Positions 40,084 to 51,154 of a stretch of 64,000 nucleotides of DNA are shown piece after piece. The notes below the pieces were generated by a model. The model had not been told where the DNA came from. It saw only the letters and a program-made list of their open reading frames with translations, and searched no databases. Source of the stretch: Cenococcum geophilum (Eukaryota). The translations under genes and the position numbers were made by a program. The stretch spans positions 29,884,001 through 29,948,000 of the forward strand of contig CP158635.1 of the NCBI GenBank assembly GCA_050273025.1. Reading direction: 5' to 3'. How positions within the stretch are numbered: the stretch's first letter is position 1; each line of letters starts with the position of its first letter.

Positions 40084-42300
40084 ATGCCATCACTTTATGG
40101 TGAAATCTCCGCATCCGCCTTAGAATCGTCTTCAGCACACAGCCAATCTCCAACTGCAGATGCAGGAAGTGAATCCCCAGCCGCGGAAGCACAAGGTGTA
40201 GCGCACCTACTAGCGGATTCGCAGCCTCCTAGCGACACCGCCGACACAGATGACCCTGACGCTTCAGAGCCCGCCTCGTCGCCATCCCGCTCGACGTCTT
40301 CTGGAGCGGACCGCCCGAACAGGTTCCTCGGACCCCCGCAGTCATGGCGCCGCTATACGGCGCCCGACCGCCAGCTGGCAGCTTCTATGGACCAATTGGA
40401 TGCGGGCGAGCTTAATGTGCACCTCTACAATACGCATGCGCTCAAGCAACGCCTGCGCTCCTCTGCTCGTTCGCATCCTGCAGAGTTGAAGAACTGGCAG
40501 AGCAAGGATCGATGGCTGAAGCAGGGCGAAGAATTGGATATTTTAGGGCCGGATGGGGCGGAGGAGAGGGAGCTGGTGCCGTGGAAGAGGTGGAGCGCTT
40601 GGCCGTTAGAGCCCAGCGAGGTGCCTGGGGAGGAAGAGAGGTTTGGCAGGGTGGCAGGGGATGAGGAGGATGAAAAGTGGACGGTTGGGAATGTGGGGAC
40701 TGAGAGAGTTAGCCAGGAGCTTGGGGATGTGGTTATGGGAGTTTTCTTAAGGCTGGCGAAAGAGAGGTGGATGGAGAGAGAATGGGAGGATGCGGACACA
40801 GAGGCCGATGCTGAAGAGGGAAGGCAGGGAAGCGTTCAGACGGAGCGGGAAACAAGATCTAGGTCCCATAGCGGTAAGAGGCTCGCAACGACGGATTCCT
40901 CTAGCGATGTTGCAGATATCTCTAGCCGACGACGAAGCCAACGATCAAGATCTCGGTCTACTGGAACAACCAGGTCAGACGATCAAGATGTGGAAATGGA
41001 GGACCAGGTTGTTCAATCGACAGAATCCGCTTCGAGGATGAGTACACGAGCCAGCTCACGCGCAACGGATGCCTGTGAGCAGTCAGACGACAGTGTCAGC
41101 CAAAGCGAACGGAGCGATTCTCAGCCACAGAGTAGGGCTACATCAGAGGCACCTCATGAACAACCACAGCAGACGAACTTAAGGACTCTGCGAAAATCCG
41201 AACCACGTTTCTCCAAGCCAACCGTCCTTGCAGATGATGACAAGGCGCGAAATATTCTACAGCCTTCCATCAATTCTCTCTTGGTAAAATTAGACTTCCT
41301 GTTAGATGGTCTTCATCGATCAAGAGTCAATCACTTCGCTGAGGCATCAAGCGCTTCAGCTAGTGAGGCTCAAACCGACGTTGAAGCAGCTGTTACGCCG
41401 AGAAAGAAGGCACGCTCTAGGGCAACTTCAAAGTCAAGAATATCACCGCCATCTGCCGCTCGCCGGAGACAAAAGCATCAGACGGATGACATAGTTGATG
41501 TTGGTGTATCATTTAGAGACGGCAATGGACCGACCAACTCAGAAACTCAGAAACGGCCGATAAGAACCACTCTGGCCGACTCCGCCTCTGGCTCTGACTA
41601 TGCTCCCGACGATGATAAATTAGGCCCTCAAAGCGCCCCAACTGACTGTGACATGCGTGCGTCGAAATCTCGCTACTTAAAGAAAGGTCTCCTTGCTTCC
41701 CAGCCTGATCCGAAAAGCCGTCGTTCTAATTCAATATCCAGCATTACTTCGGAGACCGAGCCCGATGCTCGCGTCGGCCTCCGTGATTGGAGTGAAGTCA
41801 TTGGTATGGCATCTCTGATGGGCTGGAGTGACGGAGTTGTCGAGAGAGCCGCGAAGCGATGTGCTGCTCTCTTTGGAGAAGGTATGGCGTTTCGTACTTT
41901 CCACGAAGGCTCTGCTCTGAAATCACCAGAAGAGCCAGTTCTATACATACCTGAGACCATTCTTGCTCCTGATTCAACCGTCCTTGATGGCAGCAACATC
42001 TCACATATCACAGATACAGAGACACGCCCTCATTGGGAGCCAGGGTCTCTGATCTGTCCTCACATAGATTGTTGGGGTCATGAGAAGGAATTTCGTATTC
42101 CTTATCGGGTGGTGGAACATTTGATAAGAGTCCACGGCTATGATCCCCGTATCCCTGGATCTGACGGTGAGGATGAAATGGTAGGAGGCGTGCATGCCGA
42201 TGGATTTCTGCAGCCGATCAGTGCGAAGCAAGGATGGAGAGGCGGCGATAAGGCGGCAGTGTCAGATAAGAGGAAAAAGAGAAAAAGGGAGAGTGGATAA
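40084..42300 (+). CDS. RRN9: Rrn9-domain protein (putative RNA polymerase I upstream activation factor subunit), 738 aa, with C-terminal C2H2-like motif
   Basis: Intact non-RIPed ORF; RPNRFLGP..SW, LNVHLYNTHALK and WSAWPL motifs recalled from fungal Rrn9-domain proteins; CPHIDC...HLIRVH; basic C-terminal KRKKRKR. Confidence 0.75.
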   Translation: MPSLYGEISASALESSSAHSQSPTADAGSESPAAEAQGVAHLLADSQPPSDTADTDDPDASEPASSPSRSTSSGADRPNRFLGPPQSWRRYTAPDRQLAASMDQLDAGELNVHLYNTHALKQRLRSSARSHPAELKNWQSKDRWLKQGEELDILGPDGAEERELVPWKRWSAWPLEPSEVPGEEERFGRVAGDEEDEKWTVGNVGTERVSQELGDVVMGVFLRLAKERWMEREWEDADTEADAEEGRQGSVQTERETRSRSHSGKRLATTDSSSDVADISSRRRSQRSRSRSTGTTRSDDQDVEMEDQVVQSTESASRMSTRASSRATDACEQSDDSVSQSERSDSQPQSRATSEAPHEQPQQTNLRTLRKSEPRFSKPTVLADDDKARNILQPSINSLLVKLDFLLDGLHRSRVNHFAEASSASASEAQTDVEAAVTPRKKARSRATSKSRISPPSAARRRQKHQTDDIVDVGVSFRDGNGPTNSETQKRPIRTTLADSASGSDYAPDDDKLGPQSAPTDCDMRASKSRYLKKGLLASQPDPKSRRSNSISSITSETEPDARVGLRDWSEVIGMASLMGWSDGVVERAAKRCAALFGEGMAFRTFHEGSALKSPEEPVLYIPETILAPDSTVLDGSNISHITDTETRPHWEPGSLICPHIDCWGHEKEFRIPYRVVEHLIRVHGYDPRIPGSDGEDEMVGGVHADGFLQPISAKQGWRGGDKAAVSDKRKKRKRESG

Positions 42301-44859
42301 TAACGCATGCACTACGACAATGGTGCATAACGACTTGAGGCAAGGACTATTTGTCACACCCTTTCTAGATATAGCCTTGATCTCACCTGCCACTTTCATG
42401 AGATTGCCTATGGTGATGTTCGCTCTGTGCGGATATTGTGGCATTGCTGCAGACAAAACGTTCTGTTACCAGTGAGGTGCTTTAGGTCTCCCACTCACGT
42501 ATAAAGAAGTGAACTGATTCCCACTTCGAACATTGCTTGCTTGTCGAGCTTGCAGATATACTTCACTTTGCTGCTGTTTTCCGGAAGACTAATTGAGCTT
42601 TCTCTTTTCCAGTTGCTACAACACCCGAAGCTCAACTTCACCCACTTCACCAAAATTTTTCTCAACTCCTGAAGTAACTACTTGAAGTTGCTGAAGAATA
42701 ATTTGAGTACTCTATTGGTTGTTCAGTCGCTACTCTGACGTCAAAATGGTAAAGATCTGTGGCAAAGAAGTCGGTGCTGTAGGCTACGGCATGCACAGTA
42801 CTTTTCCCTTTCTACCTTTTATTCAACCTGTCAATTAACATTTCCCCCTTCAGATCTCACCCGCCGCGGCATTGCCCTCGAAGTTGAAGAGGGGATTTCT
42901 ATTCTCAAGGCCACATTCGACGCAGGCTATCGCTTCTGGAACGGGGGTATGCACTATGGGACTCCCGAGTACACCTCCCTTCATCTTCTCAACGCCTACT
43001 CAGTGTGGCCAACAGGCAGCGTCGCTGGCAGCTAGCTGGCAGCTAGCTGCTTATGTAAGCAGTCAGTCAGCGTAGATAGTTGTAACAGTCAGTCAGCGGT
43101 AAGACTGCAGCGAGCTGACAGCTCGCTGCATAGGTGGTAAGAAAGGGTTAATTTGGTGGTGTTTTTGAAGCTTTTAGTAGAGATCAAGAATCTAAGATCT
43201 TCGGCTAAAATCCGGGCGGGAAACCCCTGGGATATTTATACAAAATAGTATGGTTTTCTCTAAATTCCCCGTCGCGTCTCTAAACGCGTTTACCTACCAA
43301 TATTAACCTTTTTATTGCCACGGAAAATGCAACGTACCTTACATTTTACCCGCCAGCTAACTAGTAGAGCTTCTTCCTCTACTTCTTCCTCTACTTCTTC
43401 CTCTACTTCTTCCTCATTAAGTTCACAATCTACGCGTCAATTAAGCTCTTTAATATCCCGCAGGCGTCGCGGATCTACTGCTTCTACCCCCCTCACAATT
43501 AAAGACACGCCCGAATTAAATAAGCAGAATAACTCTACATCGCGAGAGCCTCTACCAATTGGCTAAAACTATGGCTGTATCTTTCCTATTAACTGGGATA
43601 ACCTTTACCTAGGTAAGCACGGTAAGCTTACTAGTAAATACGGATACCGAATTATTAATAAGCGGTCCCTTTTAAAGAACTCCTCTATATCAACTATATG
43701 GAAGCATAGAGTAGATCTATTCTGGAATGGGCCAGAGGGCAAAAAGAGACTCTAGCTATATAAAATCTGCCATCTAGCTTAAAGACCAGCTGCGTTACTT
43801 ATAATCAACGGCATAGATTATATTGATGGCCATTTAAAATCGAAATATAGTCTTATTCTTAATTATAATAGCCATAGTAGTACTCTATAAGGCTCGTCCA
43901 AACCAAACGCTTAAGTCTCTCCTATACCCGGCGGCAGCGAACGCCAGCCGTTCTGGGCAGCTGGCTATGTATAGGCCTATGTTAATTAGATAATTCTACA
44001 GGATATTACATTTCGGCAAGCTATAAGTACTTATACCCACGCATTACTTATATTTAACCGTCCTTAGATACAGGAGTATCTTGTAAGTTCGTATATATCA
44101 CTAAGCGACTAGATAAAATCTGCCTTCGAGCGCCGACGCCTTAATATTAAAGACCTCCTCCTTACCTTATAAAGTAAAATCTACCTTAGCTGTAATATCT
44201 GGACGTCTACAAATGGAATGGCACTACTTGGTGTAGTAGCCCACTTAGTTAATAAAGGTGGCAAGCTATAATTAATCCTTATAGGACTTCCACGTATACG
44301 AGGATCGTATACGGCTGAGAACGTGGTAACAGGTTTAGTAACGGTTATTTAGAAGTATCAATTCAAATATAAGCTTGGCTGCTTAATAGCTAATAACGCC
44401 ACTAATAATAATAAGCTCTACAAATACCTCTCGCAAAGTCTCTTAGTGGCAAAAAGGGAACAACTCTAGTGTATTGGCCATATTATAAACCTCGTCGTTA
44501 AGGTCTTACTGTATAGTAAAGGTGTTAGCAAGCTTAAACGCTTGCTGATTAGTACAAGCAATTAAGCTAAATTTAACCTTATGCGGCAGAAAGGTATTGT
44601 CGGAAAGGTCTATAATATTATTAAATATATTATACAATCTACGGCTTACCACTAGGACTTCGCTAAGAATTAAGCTGAGGCCTATATAGAGGACGAGCTC
44701 TTTAATTAAGCTAAACTTATACTTATTAAGGACGGAGGCGTTTGGTGGAATTCTACCTACTTTATACTTTGGCGGGCGCTACTTCTTAAGAAAGGGATTA
44801 ACAAATATCTGCTGGCTTAGAGGAAGCCTCCTAACGATAGCTACGACCTTACGCAGGAC

Positions 44860-47800
44860 CAGCGTGGTTTTCAATAAGCGAATATTCAGCCAATAAAATA
44901 TCGGCAAATGCCAATATTTGCAGTGCTAATATTTAATATTTGCAACACTTTTAATAAAATAGCTCTAATAGTAATGTATTTATTTTAAAAATAAAAGATT
45001 ATATTAAGAATTGGCATATATTGGCAAGTTTTTAAATTAAATTACGTGATTAGTTGTTATATGATTGCGCGCCTTCGTATAGTATTTTAATATTAATTCT
45101 AAACGTTACTCTACCTCACTTCACCTTAGCAGCAGTAGCAGCAGCAGCAGCAGTAGCAGCAGTAGCAGCAATAATAATAACAATAACAACAACAGCAGCA
45201 GCAGCAATAATGTAAGTACATCCTCCGGACAGCTCGTACGAAGCTGGCGCCCTTTATAGCTTTATAGGTTTGCTATAGCTTTAGAGCAGCTTATACCCTA
45301 GCTTTGGAAGTTTGTATAAAGCTAACTTTAACTTAGGGCTCTTGTTCTCTATAACGCCGCCATTACCGCCGCCAACGCCGCCAGTGCTAATGTTAATCCC
45401 GTCCTTATAGTAGGACAGCAGCAGCTGGCTCCCTACTGCTATAGTCCACAGGCTCGGGCGTTGCTGGCCCTTCTAGGGCAGGATATAGAGTTTGTACGAG
45501 GCGCGATCTCCCCTTATTAAATAGCAACGCACCGGCCTTCGTATATTAACGCCATCCTTATATAATCTTGGGGTAGGGTAGTAGGTAACCTATGCGCTGC
45601 GTGCCTTGGCGCTTACCTGGGCTATTACCCTTTCCTATTATATTGTTAGGTACCTGGGTACTTTAGCGGAGTATATGGGAATTATAAGTAGCGTAACCAC
45701 GTAGCTCGCTGCTCCGTACGAGATAAGGATAAAGGTAGTAGTAGTGGACCTCTGCGCTTGCTACAGGCAGGGGCTGGCGGTACTGGTAGTAATAGCACGG
45801 CAGCGGCGCCGTTATTAATTAAGGATAAGGAGGAAAACTAGCCGGGGGGTAACCCCTAAAATGTTATTATTCTGGCTTAGGTACGTATAAGCTTTTATTT
45901 AGTATATTAGTAACCTATATATACCTAGCTGGTTAGGGGTGTTGCTAGCACTTATATATGATCTGTGGCTTAACGTGCTGTGTAAGCTTAGTAGTTGTCT
46001 TGTACGATAAAACCAAAATAGATTAGTATATAGATAGGTCCTTAAATTTAGAGCTTTATACGAGGAATAAGTTAAGTTTCCTTAACTAAGAGTTTAGTTT
46101 GGTGCTACTGTTTTATATACTTTACCTGTTTAAGAGTCTTAATACCTATTTATATTTTCTCCTATAAGATTATATAACGTGCTCCTAAAAAGGTTTGTTT
46201 AGGTTTGTTGCTTATTACTAAAATTAATAAGATAGTAATTGCTAGTAGCGATAGTCGTGGCTATTATACGCGCTATTGCTTTTAGTACCACTATTAAAGG
46301 GCAGAAAGCTTTCTAATATAACTTAAAGGATCGCTAATATAGTCGTCGTACTTATTTTAGCTCTAAGGTTAAGTAAACTTATTAAGATTTTTAACAATTC
46401 GTTTATATGAATTAAGTTCTTATTTAGGCCTAGCTTGCCTATATAGCAACCTAGATAGCTAAAGAGTAGTAAAACTCTTAGGCCTAAGAGCTTGCGATTA
46501 GTAATCCTTCTAGAGTTATTTAACCTTTTTAAGTGTAGCTTTCTGCCACTTTTTTTCCTAATTTGCTTAGATATACTGCGTATAATATTTAGGATAAAAG
46601 ATAATTGCCGCAGCATATAATGGGGATTTATCTAACTTAAGGTAGTATTTATTAAACACCTTCCATCTAATTTAAATCCTAGAATAAAAGAAGCTATTCT
46701 TCTTATAATGTTCCTATTGTATAATATTAGAAGAACTTTTAAAAGTAAAAAAAGAAGATTCCTTATAAGACTTTGCTTAAAATGCCTTATAAGAATATCC
46801 ATTAAAAAGAGAACGTTTAAGATCGTTGCGTTATAGCCCTAAGTTTCTAATATAACCCTCTTAAATATCTAAAGGAAATTATGCGTTGTACAAAGCGTAG
46901 TCCAATCCTATAGAGTAAGAAAATCTTTGCCTAAGGTTTTAGCATGCTTCTTTATATAAAGGTTAATTAGTGACTTAAGTTCTAAGGCCACCTAAAGTAT
47001 TTAGTGCCAGCTATTCTACCTTATATAATTATCTAATGGGATTTGTCTTTAAGTAAGAGTAATAAAGTCTCTTATATAACCTAGTGAGCTTTAGGTGTGT
47101 ATAATAATATTATAGAGTTTACTAAGTATACTAAGGGTTTAAAATTGGTTTCTCCTAAAGTCTAGGTTAACTTTAACTCCTTTCTTATCTTTAATATTAT
47201 ATAATAAAAGCTTATCTTCTTAAACCAAGTCTTAGAAGAGGAAGGCCTTAACAGCAAGGTAGATAATATGGCTATTATATCGAATTCGTTAGTATAGAGA
47301 TTTCTACTCTATGTTATAATCTTCCTAAAGATATTTTTGGATCGTACGACATAAGACATTATTTGTAGATGTATTATCGGCGACAATAGTACTAAGTCTC
47401 TGCACGATACCGTAGTCCTAAAGTATTAGAAGCAGCGTTTGGAACTAGTCCTCTCTGCTATATAATAGTGTTGTACAAAGTGTAAGAAGGCCTCTTTATA
47501 GTCTTTTATTTTAATTAATAAAGTGTGCGCAGACGCCGAGTAGAAGATATCTGTTTGGGGACGTCTAGATATTTAGTAAGAGGTAAACCTTAGATATTAC
47601 TAATTAAAGCTTCTTTTATATAACGTCCTTTTATATTATAAATATATCCTAGACTATTTTATTAACCGTAGAATAAGCCGTTATAATATAACCCTTAACC
47701 TCTAGATTAAGGACCTAACAGAACGCGTAGAACTCTAGCTATTTAATGATTTAAAATAGTAGCCTTTATATGGTTATTAATGAAACAAGTGCTGTAGTAA

Positions 47801-48355
47801 TAGCTTTCTGGTTAAGTGCAGATTAAAGGACAAGCGCATTAATATTATTTGCCTGCTCTGTATCGCGGAGCTGCACATAGAGATTATAAAGTTAAGTACT
47901 GGTTTTTGTATAAATAGGGCCCTCTTGCTTTTTAGAACGGATATTATGCTTAGACCTTAGGTAATATCGAAAATTTATAGTAGACTTTAAGCAATATACT
48001 GTCTCTATATAATGCTTATAGTACATAAGCCTTGTTCTCTAGTAGTGTGTAGCCTTATCTTTGTATAGTGGCCGGGTATATGCCTATAACTTAGAGGTCT
48101 TCTTTTATTGGGAGTTTAATAACTCCTTTATATTAAGGGAGTCTAATATAGGTATAAAAAGTAATAAACCCGCGTTAGAAGCCATTATTATAATAACTAT
48201 GTATATAATATTAAAGTGTAAAAATTTTTTAAGGGGTGCTAAGAATATCCGTGCCAATATTATAAATACGCCAATATTTGCTAATACGCGCCAATATTAA
48301 TTAGTAACAATATTAATCAATATTATTGGCAGTATTGATATTGAAAACCACGCTG
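44860..48355 (-). mobile_element. hAT DNA transposon 2 nested in hAT1 (transposase ~48185-46020) with cargo gene
   Basis: TIR CAGCGTGGTTTTCAATA/TATTGAAAACCACGCTG; TSD CGCAGGAC (44852-44859, 48356-48363); subterminal GCCAATA repeats; (D)IWTSP, (C)NSHIIYL, (W)NSW, (ER)TF.GAR motifs on minus strand. Confidence 0.93.
45210..45880 (+). pseudogene. DUF3716-like Cys6 protein gene carried by hAT2, antisense to the transposase (RIP-inactivated)
   Basis: Start codon split AT|G by intron 45212-45336 (GTAAGT...GCTAAC...TAG); exon 2 reads ALVLYNAA...HRPSYINAILI(Q)S.G...CAAC...PF..(C)C.VPG.F.GV(C)GN(C)K(W)R.H.ARCSV; ends 45841 or 45880. Confidence 0.8.
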
Positions 48356-49318
48356 CGCAGGACTTTCTTACTAAAGAAGATTGGGCGGAAGTTAAGCAGC
48401 TTGTTAGAATCCTAAAGCCTTTTATATTAGCTACTAAACGCATAAAAGGCGACGCTAATAGCTATAGTGTTAAAGGCTTATATAGAGCTTTATGGGAGTT
48501 AATTATAAATATGGAGCTTCTTTACTAGATCCTTATACAAACTTAGCAAAATCTTAAGAATGCAGATAACTCCCTCCTTAAATCCGGCGTTAATATGGCT
48601 CTGTAGAAGCTTAATAAGTATTTTAATAAAATAAAAGCTGAGAGCCTGTACTACTTTATCGCGGTTATCCTCTATCCCTTTCTTAAACGCGCCTACTTTC
48701 GCGATAAGTGGAAACGGTGGCTACAGTGGTAGAAGCACGCCGAGAGATACATGGAAATAGTATTTAATGACTATATTAATGAGCAAGTAGGCGAGGAAGA
48801 TAAGGTAGTTAAATTATAATATAGGAAGGTTCCTTTATCTAGCAACGATTCGGGCGATAAATATTCACAATCTCTACTAGTTGATAAGACGCTTACTTCC
48901 TTACGCTTATAAAAGCGAATTAAGCTTACTACTAAACTTAATCGCTACTATAAGGTAGGCCTTAAGCTGATCAAGATCCGTGATAAAAACGGCAGTAAGG
49001 TAAGCGACGTTGTTCCAGATCCTCTTAACTAGTGGCTCACCACTAGTTAAATCCTTTATCTAACTCTCGCCAAGATCGCTCTAGATCTATTCTCTATACT
49101 AGTAATAAGCTCTGCATGCGAGCGAGCTTTTAGTTAAGCTAAGAAGATCGTTACCGATAAGCGTAATAGGCTCTTAGCCGATACAGTTAAAGCAAACCAG
49201 TATTAGAAATAGTAGCTACTTAAAGGCCTTCTGCCAAGTAGCTTAATTAACTGTGTTAACTCTAACGGAGCCTTAACTACACCCTAGTTGACGAATTTAA
49301 ATACTAATCTTACTGGCT

Positions 49319-51154
49319 CAGGGTTGTTTTGGATAAATCTTATCGCGATAAGATGCAATGGATATCCTTATCGCGATAAGGATATCCATTGCGTCTTATC
49401 GCGATAAGTCTTGGCATACCCCAAATAAATTTTTAGTTGCCCTCCTCCCCCCATTATCGTACAAAATATGGCTTTAGAAGTGGAATCAGAAGCTCTTGAA
49501 TCTATTAATACCTCTAAATTAAAAAATACAAGAGGTCGCTCGGCTCTTTTGATATAGGAGCATACCCGTCTACTAGGCAGTAATAAGCCCGTACAAAATA
49601 AAAAAGCCCGTCTTTTATTCTATTATAAACACTGCACAGAGTCGTACGCTATATAGTTAACTTCCAACTTCTAAAACCACTTAGCGTTAAAGCATGGCAT
49701 TATGGTTAAGCCTAAAACTAGTTATACAAAAGAAGTAATATGGGATTAATTAAAAGACCTTTACCTTAAAGCGTTATCTCAAAATAAAATAGAAGAGCTA
49801 GATTTAGAAGTACTCCGAGCGGTCCTAAATAAGGAAGTTATTGATAAGGCCCTTGTTATGTTAATTGTCGTACAAAACCTACTATTTTGGATAGTTGAGT
49901 AGCTAGAGTTCTATATTCTTCTATAGTTAATTAATCCTAAAGTAGATAGCCATATAACTATAGCCCACTCAGTAGTTAGTAAAAAGATTTATAACTTATA
50001 GCTATCGCAAAAGGATATTGTATAAAAGAGGCTGCAGTCCGCACTAATAAGTATTTATCTCTCTATTAATATCTAGACCTCTCTAAATAAATACCTTCTC
50101 CTTATAATTTGCGGCCATTTTATTAATAGCCAGGAAAAGCTTACAAGTGCTCTTCTTGGCCTTTGTATGGTAGCCTCTTATAGTAGGGACGAGCAATAGA
50201 ATACTCTCCTTTTAGTGCTTAAGGACTATAGGATTACGTAAAAGCTGGGTGCCGTTATATCTAATAACTATACTGTAAATAATAAGCTCTGTTATATAAT
50301 AAGCGACTGGCTTCTCTAGGAAGAACGGATTAAATAGAATCCCATCTACTAATAGATCCGCTGTTAGGGTTATATTCTTAACCTTGCCGTATAGGCTTTC
50401 CTCTTTAAAAACTTAATTAGTCTTAATAATATTAAGTCGTATAAAGAAGATAAGGTAAAAGGGAAAGAGTTAGATCTAAAAGAGGAGAAAGAGAAAAGTA
50501 ATATATTTCGGAAACTTAGCGCACTTAGAAAGCTTTATAATATTACCGTATATACCCGTAGCTTAGCTAGTTATATAAGGGAGTTTAAAAGTCTTATAGG
50601 GAGAAGAATTCCGCTTAATAATCGTATGAGATGGAATAGCTGGTATTTTATACTTAGTGTAGTAATTTAGAAAGAGTCTGCCCTTAATACGTATACTAAG
50701 CGTAACCTTAATATACTTAAAAAGGACTATCTTAGTCCAAAGGACTAGGAGGCGCTTTATATAATAAAAAGTTTTCTTTAGATATTTTACTAGGCAACCC
50801 TAAAATGCTAGGGACACGAAGCAACGCTTAAGAATGTACTTTTTATAATAGATGTAATATCCGCAATATCTGCAATATCCGAAATATCCGTAATATCTGC
50901 AATATCCGCAATATCCGCAATATCTGCAATATCCGCAATATCCGTAATATCCACAATATCCGCAATATCTGCAATATCTGTAATATCTGCAATATCTGCC
51001 AAATTCTGCCAGAACTAAGTCCTATTCTGCCTGGTTGGGGTAGAAAAGCTCCGCACGGGCACTTTTATCCTTATCGATTGCGATATTTTATGCATTTTCT
51101 ATTGGATAAAGGATATTTTATGCTCGCTTATTCGCATTATCCAAAACAACCCTG
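49319..51154 (+). mobile_element. hAT DNA transposon 3 nested in hAT1, internally deleted (transposase 49468-~50852)
   Basis: TIR CAGGGTTGTTTTGGATAA/TTATCCAAAACAACCCTG; TSD TACTGGCT (49311-49318, 51155-51162); BED finger, IRC.G(H)ILNL, RWNSWY; no C-terminal dimerisation region. Confidence 0.93.
50853..51000 (+). repeat. 9-bp tandem repeat (GCAATATCY)n, ~16 copies
   Basis: Directly visible; produces the spurious ADI-repeat ORF 50808..51002. Confidence 0.95.

Noticed and set aside
40250..42475. Multiple short alternative-frame and antisense ORFs
   Set aside because: Shadows of the GC-rich 738-aa gene
45125..45209. (CAG)n/(AAC)n tract as polyglutamine coding sequence
   Set aside because: Lies upstream of the spliced ATG with no start codon seen; treated as 5' UTR microsatellite
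50808..51002. ORF with ADI repeats
   Set aside because: Translation of a 9-bp minisatellite; no coding evidence
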